Assembly (NCBI RefSeq): GCF_004010195.1
Contig: NC_057725.1
Span: 20,424,553-20,484,733 of the forward strand
Source of the DNA: Chiloscyllium plagiosum
Taxonomy: Eukaryota
DNA: 60,181 bases
Direction: 5' to 3'
Shown: positions 12,456-24,553 of the stretch, in pieces
Layout: the number at the start of each line of letters is the position of its first letter
Position numbering within the stretch: the stretch's first letter is position 1
Translations under genes and position numbers: made by a program
Notes under the pieces: model-generated
The model's database searches: none
Seen by the model: the letters and a program-made list of their open reading frames with translations, nothing else
What the model was told of the DNA's origin: nothing

Positions 12456-13239
12456 TTTGTCATTTAGACATTTCCATTTGTTGCCTGGAAATTAATTTAT
12501 TTTAAAGGAGTTAGTAGTCTATTTGGGGGTCATATAGATAGGTGACAACATATGGCACAGGCGACATTCAGCCAGTTGTGTCTGTGCAAGACCTCTACAA
12601 CCAGACCCAAAGCTCCAATCTATCCTTATAGTCCTTCATTTTATTTTCTCTTCATATACTTATCCAATGCTCTTTTGATAGCCATGATTGGACACAGGCT
12701 GTCCATTACAGAACTTAATCAGTCACCAAGTAGAAATGTTTTCCTTCATGTCTACATGTCACTTTAAATTGGTGTCTTCTCCTTCTCAATTCTAGCATCA
12801 AGGGAACATTTTCTCTATCTATTCTGTCTAGACCTGGCATAACTATATCAAATATATTAAACCTTGACTCAATCTTCTGTAAAGAGAATATGCCCAGTTT
12901 CTCCAGCCTTTATAATTGAAATTTCTTACCCCTGAATCAATTGAGTAAATTTTCTGCATCTTCAAAGTTTGTCTTTCCTAAAGTGAACATTTCCAGCACT
13001 TTTGATTTTTATTTAAGATTTCCAATCTCTGCATTAATTTGCTTTTATTAACTTGGTATTCATGCCAGCATTTTCCTTTTACTCTGTGGGCTACAATGTT
13101 TCTGGCAGGTCTAATATATGGTTCGCTATCAAATCTCTTTTAGAACTCAGACTGATATTTCCATTTCCCTCAGAAACTGTTAGCTCATCAAGAAACAATT
13201 AATTCACAGTTACCCTAGGGGAAAAAAATGAGAATAGAA

Positions 13240-14085
13240 TAGAATAACATGAAAGGGATCTTGATCAAATGGGTCAATGGCTGAAAAATGGCAGATGGAG
13301 TTAAATCTAAATAAATGTAAGGTGTTGCATTTTGGTACAACACACAAGGGTAGGGCTTATACAATTAATGATAGGGCCTTGGGTAGCATTATAGAACAGA
13401 GGGACATAGGGTACAGGGACAGAATTCTTTGAAGTTTGAGTCACATGTCGACAGGCTGGTTAAAAAGGCATTTGGCACATGTGCCTTTGTTGCTCAGTCC
13501 TTTTTGAGTATAAGAGTTGAGAAGTCATGTTGTGGTTCTACAGGACATTGGTGAGGCCTCTTCTGCAATACTGTGTTCAATATTGGTCACCCAGTTACAG
13601 CAAGGATATTATTAAGCTGGAGAGGGTTCAGAAAAGATTTACCAGGATGTTGCTGGGTATGGAAGGTTCGAGCTACAAAGAAAGGTTGGATAGGCTGGGA
13701 CTTTTTTTCACTGATATGTAGGAGTTTTGAGGTAATCTCAGAAATTTATAAAATAATGAGAGGTATAGGTAGAGTTAATGGTAATTGTCTTTAATGGTAA
13801 TAGTCTAGAATCAGGGATTTCAAGACTAGGGCACATTTTTATGTTGAGAAGAGGGGTTTAAAAAAGACATGAGCGACATTTTTTTAACACAGAGTCGTTC
13901 GTGTGTGGAATGAACTTTCTTGAGAAAGTGGTAGATGTGGGTTCACCTACAATGTTTAAAAGACATTTGGATAGATACATGAATGGGGAGAGTTTGGAGG
14001 GATATGAGCCAGGAGCAGGCAGGTGGGATTACGTTCGGCATGGATTGGTTGAAATGAAGGGTTTGTTTCCGTGCTGCATGACTAT
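13240..14085 (+). mobile_element. CR1 LINE 3' fragment
   Basis: YRTLVRPLLQYCVQYWSP..LERVQKRFTRM..YKERLDRLGLF. Confidence 0.88.
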
Positions 14086-14934
14086 GAAAAGGACTTAAAT
14101 AGTTAGGGTGCAAGACTTGAGAATTCACCTGGAAACAAAAAGGGTATTAATATGCTTATAGTGGAGGGTAAGATTAGAATACTTGATAATATTTTGTATC
14201 AGTGTGTACTGAGAAAGAGGATGCTGACAAAATATAGGTAGAAGCACAGTGTGAAAATTGAAACGGAGGTGATAACGTAAAGGTTACCTGTACTTCGGTC
14301 ATGTAAGTCACTTGGTTCTTGTGGTTTGCATCCAAAATTTTAAAAGAAATGGGTAAATAGCCAATGGGCTTGCCACAATCTTTCACTCTTCTCTAGATTA
14401 AGGGGTGGAGATGCCAGAAGACTGAAGAGGGCAAATGTGACAAGAAAGAGTGAAAGGACATTCCTAATTGATACAACAGGCCAAGACATTAGTCTAGGAT
14501 AAAGTTTTTAAAATCAAAAAAATTAGCAATCTTTGAACAGGCATGACTTAATTAAGGAGAGGCATTACAGGTTATAGTAGTGCTCGTCTAATCTATTTGA
14601 ATTATTTGATGATGCAAAGCAGAAGCTCAAAGAGAATATGGTGCTGTTTATATGGATTTCAAGAATATGTTTGACAAACTAACACAAAGACTGGTTAACA
14701 AAAATCAGGCTCAGGCATACGAAGGTCAGTGTCAGCTTAGATTAAAAGAAATAAAATTACTTAACAGAAAACAGTGAGTCATAGTAAACAGTTATGTTTC
14801 AGACTGGAGGGTGAATAATAGTATTGCCTAAAGTTCTTTATTAAGGATTTTTATATATTTATTAATTTTCCCAATGATGTATTCAGAAGAGAGGCAACAA
14901 AGATAGGCTCGCAGAATGGACAAAGCCTATAATT

Positions 14935-15066
14935 AGGACAAAATGAGGACTGCAGATGCTGGAGAGTCAGAGTTGATAAAGCGTGGCACTGGAAAAAGCA
15001 GAGCAGGTCCAGCAGCATCCGAGGAGCAAGAGAATCAATGTTTCGAGCATAGCCTTTCTGCAGGAA
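14935..15066 (-). mobile_element. Penelope-like terminal fragment with decayed hammerhead core
   Basis: Same family tail in reverse; the core reads CTGCAGA instead of CTGANGA. Confidence 0.65.
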
Positions 15067-15102
15067 TTGAATAGAGGTGCCGCCAGTTTTTCAGGATATT
15101 TG

Positions 15103-15415
15103 AGCGGCACAGTGGTTAGCCACTGCTGCCTCACAGTGCCAGAGACAGGGGTTCAATTCCCGCCTCAGGCGACTCTCTGCGTGGAGTTTGCACATTCTCC
15201 CAGTGTCTGCGTGGGTTTCCTCCGGGTGCTCCGGTTTCCTCCCACAGTCCAAAAATGTGCAGGTTAGGTGAATTGGTCATGCTAAATTGCCCGTAGTGTT
15301 AGGTGATGGGGTAAATGCAGAGGAATGGGTCTGGGTGGGTTGCTCTCCAGAGGGTCAGTGCTGACTTGTTGGCCGAAGGGCCTGTTTCCACACTGTAAGT
15401 AATCTAATCTAATCT
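15103..15415 (+). mobile_element. V-SINE (HE1-like)
   Basis: GTGGTTAGC / GGTTCAATTCC pol III boxes, V core, AATCTAATCTAATC tail. Confidence 0.88.
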
Positions 15416-16539
15416 TTATCAGTGATTTAAGTTGAATCAGGCATTCAAAATCTAAGTTTGATGATTATGTTAGGTGGCACAGTAATTACTGGAGACAGCA
15501 GTGAAACATTGCAAAGGGACTTTGATAGTTTGCCCAAACCGTGACAAACAGTTCTATGCGGAAAAAGTGACAGTTCACCCAGAAGAATTACAATGGAGGA
15601 ATCGCTATTTTCCAAGTGAGTAGTGGCAGAGCATGGAGATTCATGTTCTCATGAATGGAAATTGCAAACTGCTGGAGGGGGTCAAAAACTCATTTCAGAG
15701 TATAATGGAATATTAACCTTTACTTAAGGAAATATGGAATGGAAAGGTATGATGATTACATTAATATTACACAACGCTCTTTACAAAGAACATCTTAGAA
15801 TGGATGTATATTCATTGGAGGAGGTGCAGAATAGATTTCTCAGGATAATACAGAGGTTAAATCGAGGGGACTGGTTGAGTAGTCCAAGCTTTCATTTCCA
15901 TGAGTACAGAACATCCACAGAGGATTGAAATGAAACATTTAAAATGATCAAGGTTTTAATAAAGGGGAAGGTTCACCCAAAGGTGGAATAATTGGAGCTT
16001 AAAGGAGTGTGGAAATCTAAAACTCACTGAAGTAAACATTAAGACAAGGTAAAGTAAAATCACAATAAACAATAGGTATATCAGATATAGAGCAGCAGAG
16101 AAATAGCAGAACTATACTTCATATTTTTTGCACAGCAATGAGACGGGTATCATCACAGGCTCCAACGGTCTTAGCAAATCAGATGAAGTTAAACACAGGA
16201 TTCATTTTACTCAACTTTGTCAGGCAGACAGAGCTGAAGATAACTCTAAAGTCATAAATTGCCATAAACTATAATTACCATCTACTGGATAGTTCTAACA
16301 TGATAGTAATGCATCATTACATAAAACAAAGTACAATATTTAGCAACATGACATTCTAAATTACTTCACAATTAAATACTGCAGAAGCATTGTAAAATAG
16401 ATGAAGACGGACAGCAATTTCATAACAGTCTCACAACCAGCAAGTTTATTAACTCAAACATTCCACTTTAGCGAAGATGATTGAATGAGAAACAATTCAG
16501 CCATTTGAACTTCACTTAACCACATTACACAGACATATT

Positions 16540-17085
16540 AATACTTTGGCGACTATAGCAGGTCAGAGATTGGGAATTCTACAACAAATAAATCACCTCC
16601 CAACTCTCTCAAGCTTGTTCATAATCTACAAGGCACAAGTTAAGAGTATGATGGAATACTTTACTCTCCATTGCCTGGATGAGTGCAGCTCCAACAAGGT
16701 CAACACCACCCTATTCTACCATCTTCAACAGTTACACCCTAATTACAGATGCACAGTGGCAGCATTGTAAGATTCACTGCTACACCTCACCAAGTGTCCT
16801 TCATCTGCACTTTCCAAACCCAGAAACCTATACTTAGAAATACATGCGATCCTCACTACCTAAAAGTTCCTCTTGCCCCACACCATCCTAACTTGGAATT
16901 ATATCACCATTCCTTCTCTTTGCTGGATCATAATCTGGAAATTCGCTTCCTAACATCATTGTTTATGTACCCATAACCACATAACTGGAACAGTCCAAGA
17001 CAGCTCACAATCACGTTTTCAAGAGCAATTAAGGAATGGGCACAGGTGCTGGTCTAACCAGTGATGCCCCACATTTCATGCACAA
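16540..17085 (+). mobile_element. Old CR1-like LINE 3' end; related copies at about 7170-7670 (+), 21205-21810 (-) and 53530-53955 (+)
   Basis: AGQRLGIL..IYKAQVKSMMEY; the same motif occurs in ORF 53477..53677; tail shared with the Meta-SINE-like family. Confidence 0.65.
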
Positions 17086-17217
17086 ATTTTAAGAATTCCT
17101 GCAAACATTCGGAACAGCTGAATCATGAAAATAATAAGGTTTGCAACAAGAGCCCATCAGTTTAATCATGTCTGGTATACACTTCTATACCACTTTCCTA
17201 CCTATGCTGCATGCTCG

Positions 17218-17728
17218 TGTGGTGAAACGGTTAAAAATTATGTCCCAATACATGTGTGAATCTAACCGGAATGGAGGTGTTGCTTAGTCCCGTGTGAATC
17301 TTATTACACACCTCCCCGTGTGAATCTTCTTATCTGTATGTAACCAGAATGGAATGTGTTTTTTAGCCTTGCTCTGCTGTTCACATGAATGTTTATATCT
17401 GGAAAAGAGTATATCAGCTGGAAAAGTCTCCAGTTCGGTGAGTCTGCTCCGGGGTTGCGTTTAACCGCCGAGCGTGGGTTGTTGGCAACCGCTCTACGAG
17501 AACTGACGGCTCCCAGTTCCGGTAACATGTAGAGTGAGTATAAGCCAGACCCGTTGTAAGTATGAGACCTGGTTGTGGCGACGCTGCGGGGAATAAAATG
17601 CTCATATTCTAGCAGACTCGCCTCTTGGTCGTTTGTTCTGTGTCAGACTACTCTCCTACGAACCTGACCTTGAGAATTTTTTAAAACAGCTCGTTACTCT
17701 GAAAGATTTAATCACTCCAGGATTCACA
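17218..17728 (+). mobile_element. Possible solo LTR
   Basis: TG...CA ends; three GTGTGAATCT repeats; TATAA near 17539; AATAAA near 17592; CpG-richer than flanks; no clear TSD. Confidence 0.4.
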
Positions 17729-18263
17729 TCTCTTTGGGAAGATGCAGAAACAATAACTGTTTCCAGTGGCTCCCACTTATTTTAGGTCAGTTTAATCTAA
17801 CAAAGTATTTTGTCCCACATCAACGTTCCCTTTTTATCCTGAAGTTATTACAATCCTACAAATTGAGTCCCTGTTATTTTTTAGGCCTTGAATGGACAAA
17901 CCCTCATCACCAACCCTGATGTTTCTCACTGCAGTGATCCAACAGAGAAAACTCCAGGTTCCTCATCTCCCCACCCCACCTCATACCCACACCTCCCAAA
18001 AGAAGCAACCCCATCCCAGCAGCAAAGTCCACAATCCAGCACTACCGACAAGCCTCCCAGCAGTGCCATAAATAGCTGCAGCACCCTCATCACATCCCTT
18101 CCCTCAGCTGCAGCATACTTTCCTCACTCGTGCCTAATCCCTCCACCGGCTGCAGCACCTTCCTCTCTCTCTCTCTCACACCCCACTAGCTGTAGCATTG
18201 CTCTCCATTCTCTCCCCCATAGTAACTGTAGCACTCTCCTTTCCCCTGCCTCCCTACCCACTA

Positions 18264-19022
18264 CAGGGGAACCTCGATTATCTGAACGAGATGGGCAGGT
18301 GGTATTTCATTCAGATAATCGATTATTCAGTTAATCGATTAAATGCCTTTCCTCTGGAGCTCAGAGTTTTTAAAGTCTGCTCCCACTCAGGATACTGCAG
18401 CAGCACATCGCGCAAGCCCCCACCCAACACTGTCCCCTGCCCCCAGCACAAAACGCGTGAGCCCCCCTGCCCCCAATGCCATCCAACACCACCCACCGCC
18501 CCCGAACCCTGTCCANNNNNNNNNNNNNNNNCCTGCCCCCCAACACCGTCCAATACCTTTCCAGCCTCCGACATAATCCCGTGCCGGCCTGTCCAACACC
18601 GCCCCCGAACCCTGTCCAATACAGCCCCCACCCACCCATCCCCGCTCCCTCTCCAGGGCAGCCGGACTGTACACCAATAACAAGACTGCTGCTGCTGCTG
18701 CCGCCTTTGTGGGGTAAGTCTCCAAATAGCGCGCACGCGCACACAAACGTTTTGACAGGTTCAACTTTTGCCCTGTACAGGACATTGTTGGTCAGATTAT
18801 CGGGGGGGTTTAGGGTTCACTCCAGGGAAAGTGTGGGGAGAGAGAGAGAGCGGGAGGTCAGTCATTTGGAGACGGTGCCTGCTTAATCACTATAAACAAA
18901 AGGTGCAATCACTGTTGGAAACATGTCTTTGATGTAATGTTTCTACATATCGGGACCTCGAGATCTCTTTTGGATAATCCGATTTTCGGATAATTGGCAT
19001 TCGGATAATCAAGGTTCCTCTG
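18264..19022. mobile_element. Tc1/mariner-pogo (Tigger-like) non-autonomous element
   Basis: TA|CAGGGGAACCTCGATTATC ... GATAATCAAGGTTCCTCTG|TA; TA TSD; subterminal GGATAAT repeats; GC-rich interior. Confidence 0.8.
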
Positions 19023-19545
19023 TAGTTGCAACACCCTCCCCTCTCTCTCCACCCCCATCACCTGCAACCCTTTTTTTAACCCCAGCAATAGCTGCAACAT
19101 CCTCTCTCAACCCCACCATCCCCTCTTTCGCCCTCCCTGCGAGCTCAAGCAGCCTCTTAACACTAACACCATTCGTTGCCATGATATGGAGGTGCTGGTG
19201 TTGGACTGGGGTGGACAAAGTTAAAAATCGCACACCACCAGGTTATAATCCAAAAGACTTACTGATGAAGCAGTACTTCCAAATAAACTTGTAAACTATA
19301 ACTTGGTGTTGTGATTCTTAACTTTGACCACCAGTTGCAACACCTTCTCCCGTCACCATCTCACTCCCCCAACTAGATGCTGTATTCTCTCTGTTCCCAC
19401 CAACATCTGCAGCAGACTCTCCTGTTCGACCTTCCTTACTAGTTGTAGCACCCTCTTCCTGTACCACCACCCACACGTAGCAGCTTGTCATACGGAAACA
19501 GACACTTTGGTCCAATTTGTCCATGTCGACCAGATATCTCAATCT

Positions 19546-19714
19546 GCACAGTGGCTCAGTGGTTAGCACTGCTGCCCCACAGCCCCAGGGTTCCAGGTTC
19601 AATTCAAGCCTTGGGCAACTGTCTGTGTGGAGTTTGCACATTCTCCCTGTGTTTGCATGGGTTTCCTCCCACATTCCAAAAAGGGTTGTTTCCACGCTGT
19701 AGGGAATTTAATCT
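19546..19714 (+). mobile_element. Internally deleted V-SINE
   Basis: Head and V core joined directly to the TGTTTCCAC tail. Confidence 0.7.
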
Positions 19715-20145
19715 AGTCCCACCTGCCAGCACCCAGCCCATATGTCCATCCAGATGCCTTTTAAATGTTGTAATTGTTCCAGCCTCCACCACTTCCTCTG
19801 GCAGCTCCCTCTATACACGCACCACCCTCTGAATGAAAACGTTGCCCCTTAGGTCCCTTTTATATCTTTCCCCTCTCAACCTAAACCCACGCCCTCTAGT
19901 TCTGGACTCCCCGACCCCAGGGAAAAGACTTTGTCTATTTATCCTATCCATGTCCCTCATAATTTTGTAAACCTCTATAAGGTCACCCCTCAGCCTCCGA
20001 CGCTCCAGGGAAAACAGCCCCAGCCTGTTCAGCCTCTCCCTGTAGCTCAGATCCTCCAACAGTGGCCTAACCAATGTCCTGTGCAGCCGCAACGTGACCT
20101 CCCAACTCCTGTACTCAATACTCTGACCAATAAAGGAAAGCATAC
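19715..20145 (-). mobile_element. CR1 LINE 3' fragment
   Basis: RLNRLGLFSLERRRLRGDLIEVYKIM..SRTRG. Confidence 0.88.
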
Positions 20146-20452
20146 CTCGTCTCCTCTTCCCTCCCCGCCCCCACCATCTTGTCTCTACCACTCCCCACGC
20201 CCACAACCCAGTCTCTACCACCCCCCAGGTCTCTCAGACCGGCTGCCCCGAGTCTGTTCCCCCTGGTCTCTCGGCCCGCTCCCGGTTCTCTCCAGTGACA
20301 CCCTCCAGGTGCCGGCTCCGCGCGAAGGTCAAACGGCGGGGACACACATTCCCCTCTCTCCCTCTCCCCTCTCTCCCTCACTCACTCTCTCCCGCGGCCG
20401 GAGACCCCGCTGTCTCTCCCCTCTCCCCTGGCCCTCAGGCGCCGTCACTCAC

Positions 20453-20513
20453 CCAGATTCCGGAAGGTTCTCTGCAATCCCGCTCGAGCCAGACCCACCA
20501 GCCTGGCCGCCAT
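20453..20513 (-). CDS. NDUFS3: NDUFS3 coding exon 1 (complex I 30-kDa core subunit, mitochondrial presequence)
   Basis: ACCATGG Kozak start at 20513; encodes MAARLVGLARAGLQRTFRNL(G), Arg-rich and acid-free like a transit peptide; G|GTGAGT donor; 61 nt, phase 1 matches exon 2; lies in a CpG-rich island. Confidence 0.85.
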
Positions 20514-20579
20514 GGTAACGGAACCGGAACCTACCGGCTCCGCACTGTCGGTCCGCCCCCTAATCCCTTCCCTCCTCCC

Positions 20580-20656
20580 CCCATGTCGCGGTGTCCACCT
20601 TCATTCTTCCCCCTTCCCCTCTCGGACGTTGTGGCCGCAGCTCCTGGCAATCAAAG
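20580..20656 (+). other. KBTBD4: Probable KBTBD4 first (5' UTR) exon; start uncertain
   Basis: Donor AAG|GTAAAA at the island edge; next acceptor attcccatag|g at 22861/22862, 23 nt before the KBTBD4 ATG. Confidence 0.5.
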
Positions 20657-20904
20657 GTAAAACAAAACAAAAGAGAGATTTGGATGGGTTTGGAAAAGCG
20701 ATTCCACTCGGTTAATAAATACAGAGGTAAATTCGAGGGAGTTTCTTGTTCCTGGGTCCCCGGTTATTGAGTTTCTCTCTCCCTGAGCCACAGGGGCCTG
20801 AATAAGGTACTTCCAACACCACACTCTCACCTCCAGCATCTGCAGTCCTCACTTTCGTCAAAGGAACTTTCCTGTTGAATACATTCACCCTTTTCAAGAC
20901 AAGT

Positions 20905-21205
20905 TTATTAATTTAATAATTTCATTTTCTTGTTAAAAATACACTTTCCTGCTTAATAACTTCCATTTTCTGTTTAATAATGCACTTTTCTGCCTAATTT
21001 CCACTTTAATAGTTTCTCCCTTTGTTTAATATTTTTACTCATTTAATCATTTCTTTTTTCTGTTTAATTGTTCACTTTTCTTAATAAGTTAATCTTTCTA
21101 TTAAATAAGCCGAACTTCTGTTTAATGATTTGCATTTCATTTAATATTTAACATTTCTGTTTATAATTGCATCCTTACTTTTTATAATCTTTTGTTTAAT
21201 TTGTT
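20905..21205. repeat. Degenerate T-rich minisatellite-like tract (about 21-22 bp period)
   Basis: Recurrent TTTCTGTTTAAT(A/G)A-like units; similar units resume at about 21810-21880 after a LINE insert. Confidence 0.5.
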
Positions 21206-22884
21206 CATAGGCCAGCATTTATTGCTCATCACTAATTTACTTGAAAATGCAGTGGTGAGTCACCTTTTTGAATCACTGCAGTCTATGTGTTCTAGGGATA
21301 TCCATAGTGCTGTTAGGAAGAGAGTTCTAGGAATTTAACCCAGTAAAGGGAAGGAATTTAGTTCCAAGTTAGGATTGCATACAGCTTGGAAAGAGAAATT
21401 GCAAATGTTTTTGTCTTCCCAGGTGTGTGTGTGGGTTGGGGGTGTGTGCAGCAGAGGGTGCTGTTGAATGTATTTTCATGAGTTACTGCAGTGCATCTCG
21501 TAGATGGTACCTATTGCTGTCACTGTGAGGGTAGTGAGCATTAATGTGGTGGATAGGGTAGTCAGTCAGCTACTTTGCCTTGGATGGTGTTTCGTTTGTT
21601 GAGTGGAATTGCACCCATCCAGATAAATCAATATTATTCCATCACACTCGTGACTGTACTTAATTGAGTATGAACAGACATGTTGGAGTGAGGACAGGAG
21701 GTGCTCACTGCTGAACGCATCGCCTTTGACCTGTTCTTGTAGCCACAGTTTATATGGCTGGGCCAGTTCAGTTTTTGATCAATTTTAACTTCCAGAACGT
21801 TAATAATGCAGGTTACCATATTTCTGCTTAATGTCCCTTTTTATGCTAAATAATCCATCTTTCTGTTCAATCATTTCAGCTTTGGTGTTGCTAAAAAAAA
21901 ACACTTGGCTAAGCTTTTCATCTTGCACTTGCCAGGATTGCAGTTAACAATTTAAAGCGAAATAATATTTTTAAACCGTATGGGAAAAGCATGCTGATTT
22001 ACTGGCAAATAGACTCTGGTGGAGGCATTGAGAATGCACCTGTTAAATGATGACTGACAGTTAACTGCCAAGCTTTGTGTAGATTTAAAACAGGTAGGTG
22101 CGTGATTTGCTCTGAGTAATAAACCAGAGAATGTCTGTCTCCTATTTTGTTATGATCAAATAGGTGTGATGTGTGAACAATTTCTCGCTATCTGCAAAGA
22201 AAAGGACCCTATCTATTATTATATGCAGCTATCAGTATATGTAAACGCCCTTTGCTGTCAGCCTGGCTTACAATCTGTCAGTCATCTAATTGGTACATAG
22301 TTAAATAGTATTTCCTTGCGTTATTGCGTTATGTCTTGTTAAAAATAGAACTACATATTGCACTACAATTTTTGCCATAACTTTTCCTAAAGATACTGCC
22401 TCAAGAAATATTGATCATTGTTAAAAGGTATTTAATATCTCTCCTGGCATTAGATAGGGTTCCTACACAATCTATTAAAATCCGTTTCAGCGGTTCTTCA
22501 GAACCTTAAATCAGGTTCTGGGTTGGGGTTTGCCCACTGTCTGACATGTTGTGGTTAATATCTGATCAGCCATGATCTTATTGAATGGCAGAGCTGCTCA
22601 AAGGGCTGAATGGCTTATTCTTGTTCCTTGTTTGTTTGTTCGTATATTCAAGTAAGACATTGCTGCTTTATATTACTGGTGATACACAATATTCACGATT
22701 GTGTATTTTAATATGTAGATTAGCAAAACATATTACTGGCTTTATCTTTCTATTTTCATAATAAAATAGTGAAGTTTCATAATACAAAAGTACAAAAGAA
22801 AATTAATTTTTAAATAATTTAGTTTCTAAAACTATATTTTTTAATGAAATTATTCCCATAGGTCCTGCTTTATCCGTTGCAAAA

Positions 22885-23488
22885 ATGGAGCCAACTAGTG
22901 ATGCAGGAGGTGCAGCCATCGCAGGAACGACAGATGAAAGTTATTTTATGAGCTATACCTTCACAGATAGATTCCATTCTGTACGGGTTGCCCAGAGTAT
23001 TATGGATCTGTGCCTTGAAGACCGGCTGTTTGCAGATGTTACCATCTCTGTAGAAGGCAAAGAATTCCAGCTCCATCGACTCGTGCTTTCTGCTCAGAGC
23101 TGCTTCTTCCGTTCCATGTTCACCTCTAACTTAAAAGAAGCTCATAATGATGTTATAGAACTCAAAGATGTGAATGCAAGTGTTTTCCAGCTTCTTGTGG
23201 ACTATATTTACCGGGGCACTGTAAAACTGAGAGTGGAGGACCTCCAGGAGACATACGAGGTGGCAGATATGTATCAGTTAACATCACTTTTTGAAGAGTG
23301 CTCTCGGTTTCTGGCTCGGACTGTTGACATCAGGAATTGTTTACAGGTCATGTGGTTAGCGGATCAGCACAGTGACCAGAAACTGTACACAGCAGCAAAA
23401 CAATGTGCAAAAACACATCTGTCACAGCTTCACAAGACAGAAGATTTTGTGAAACTACCTGTAAGATTGTTTACAGATATCATTAAAG
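22885..23488 (+). CDS. KBTBD4: KBTBD4 first coding exon (BTB/BACK domain)
   Basis: MEPTSDAGG...LFADVTISVEGKEFQLHRLVLSAQSCFFRSMFTSNLKEAHN matches KBTBD4; 604 nt ending AAA G|GTATGT (phase 1). Confidence 0.96.
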
Positions 23489-24193
23489 GTATGTGTTTTC
23501 CTGTCTTCATTTTTCTATTGAGTCTTCTGAAGTTTTTCTTGCATCCAGAAGGCTGTAAAATATCTAATCAGAAGTTCAGGTGCTCTTCTCCCAAGTTTGC
23601 ATGACTTCACTGTAACACTGCAGTGGGACGAAGACAGAAGTGTGAGCATGCAAACAAGGTGGTGAATTAAGTTGAAAGTGTTGGATGCTCGAAATTGTGC
23701 TTGTGGACTGAGTGGAGGTGTTCAGCTTAGTGGTCACTGTGTCTGCAGCATTCTGCTTTTCACTTGTAATTAACAGTCTTTCCAGGAGTTCCCTCTTTGG
23801 AAAGAATTGGACATGTTTTTGCTCTGCTCGAGAAAAATTATCATTTAAAAGGGAAGATTTAGGAGGTTGCAGTAGAATCTGATTGATTTGAGAATTACAT
23901 TGAAGTCTGAACTGAAATCTAAATTGTAGTATACATATATATATATATTGGAATGGATGGATTGCCATCGAACGTTGTTGGGATTTTTTACACATAAAAC
24001 ACAACAGTGTGGTTGGCAATGTCACTGCTTCTGAACCAGAGGTTCCGAGTACGTATTCTATATCGTGACTTGATGGCCAATGAATGTCCACTTATAATAT
24101 GGCCAAAAATCTTGATTATCAATTTCCCAACAAAAGCCAATGGCACGTGGTAAGAAGGTGTAAAATTCTTGTCAGCCATGTGATGAAAAGAAT

Positions 24194-24507
24194 GATTAGA
24201 TTAGATTCCCTACAGTGTGGAAACAGGCCCTTCCACCCAACCAGTCCACACCGACCCTTCGAAGAGTAACCCACCTAGAACCATTTCCTTCCAACTAATA
24301 CACCTAACACTACGGGCAATTTAGCATGGCCAATTCACCTGGCCTGCACATCTTTGGACTGTGGGAGGAAACCGGAGCACCCGGAGGAAACCCACGCAGA
24401 CACTGGGAGAATGTGCAAACCCTTTCACAGACAGTCTCCCAAGGCTGGAATCGAACCTGGGACCCTCGTGTTGTGAGGCAGCAGTGCTAACCACTGAGCC
24501 ACCGTGC
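24194..24507 (-). mobile_element. V-SINE (HE1-like), left member of an inverted pair
   Basis: Full-length reverse copy in the KBTBD4 intron. Confidence 0.88.
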
Positions 24508-24553
24508 AGCTCCCATATTGGAGACTCTACCATATCTCCAGGCTAAAATATGT

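Larger units (their letters stand above)
20230..20660. promoter_or_regulatory. CpG-rich bidirectional promoter shared by NDUFS3 and KBTBD4
   Basis: Local GC/CpG enrichment; NDUFS3 ATG (20513, -) and a + strand donor AAG|GTAAAA (20656) are 143 bp apart; CCGGAA ETS-like core at 20524-20529; YY1-like GCCGCCAT over the NDUFS3 start. The same head-to-head layout is known in human. Confidence 0.75.

Noticed and set aside
17888-19480. Many overlapping Pro/Ser/Gly-rich ORFs
   Set aside because: Low-complexity C-rich DNA and a transposon interior containing an N gap; no domain or splice logic.
23489-23604. ORF-track extensions of real exons (KBTBD4 GMCFPVF..., 25444-25632, and similar in NDUFS3 and PTPMT1)
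   Set aside because: Read-through past canonical GT donors or ahead of AG acceptors; homology ends at the splice sites.
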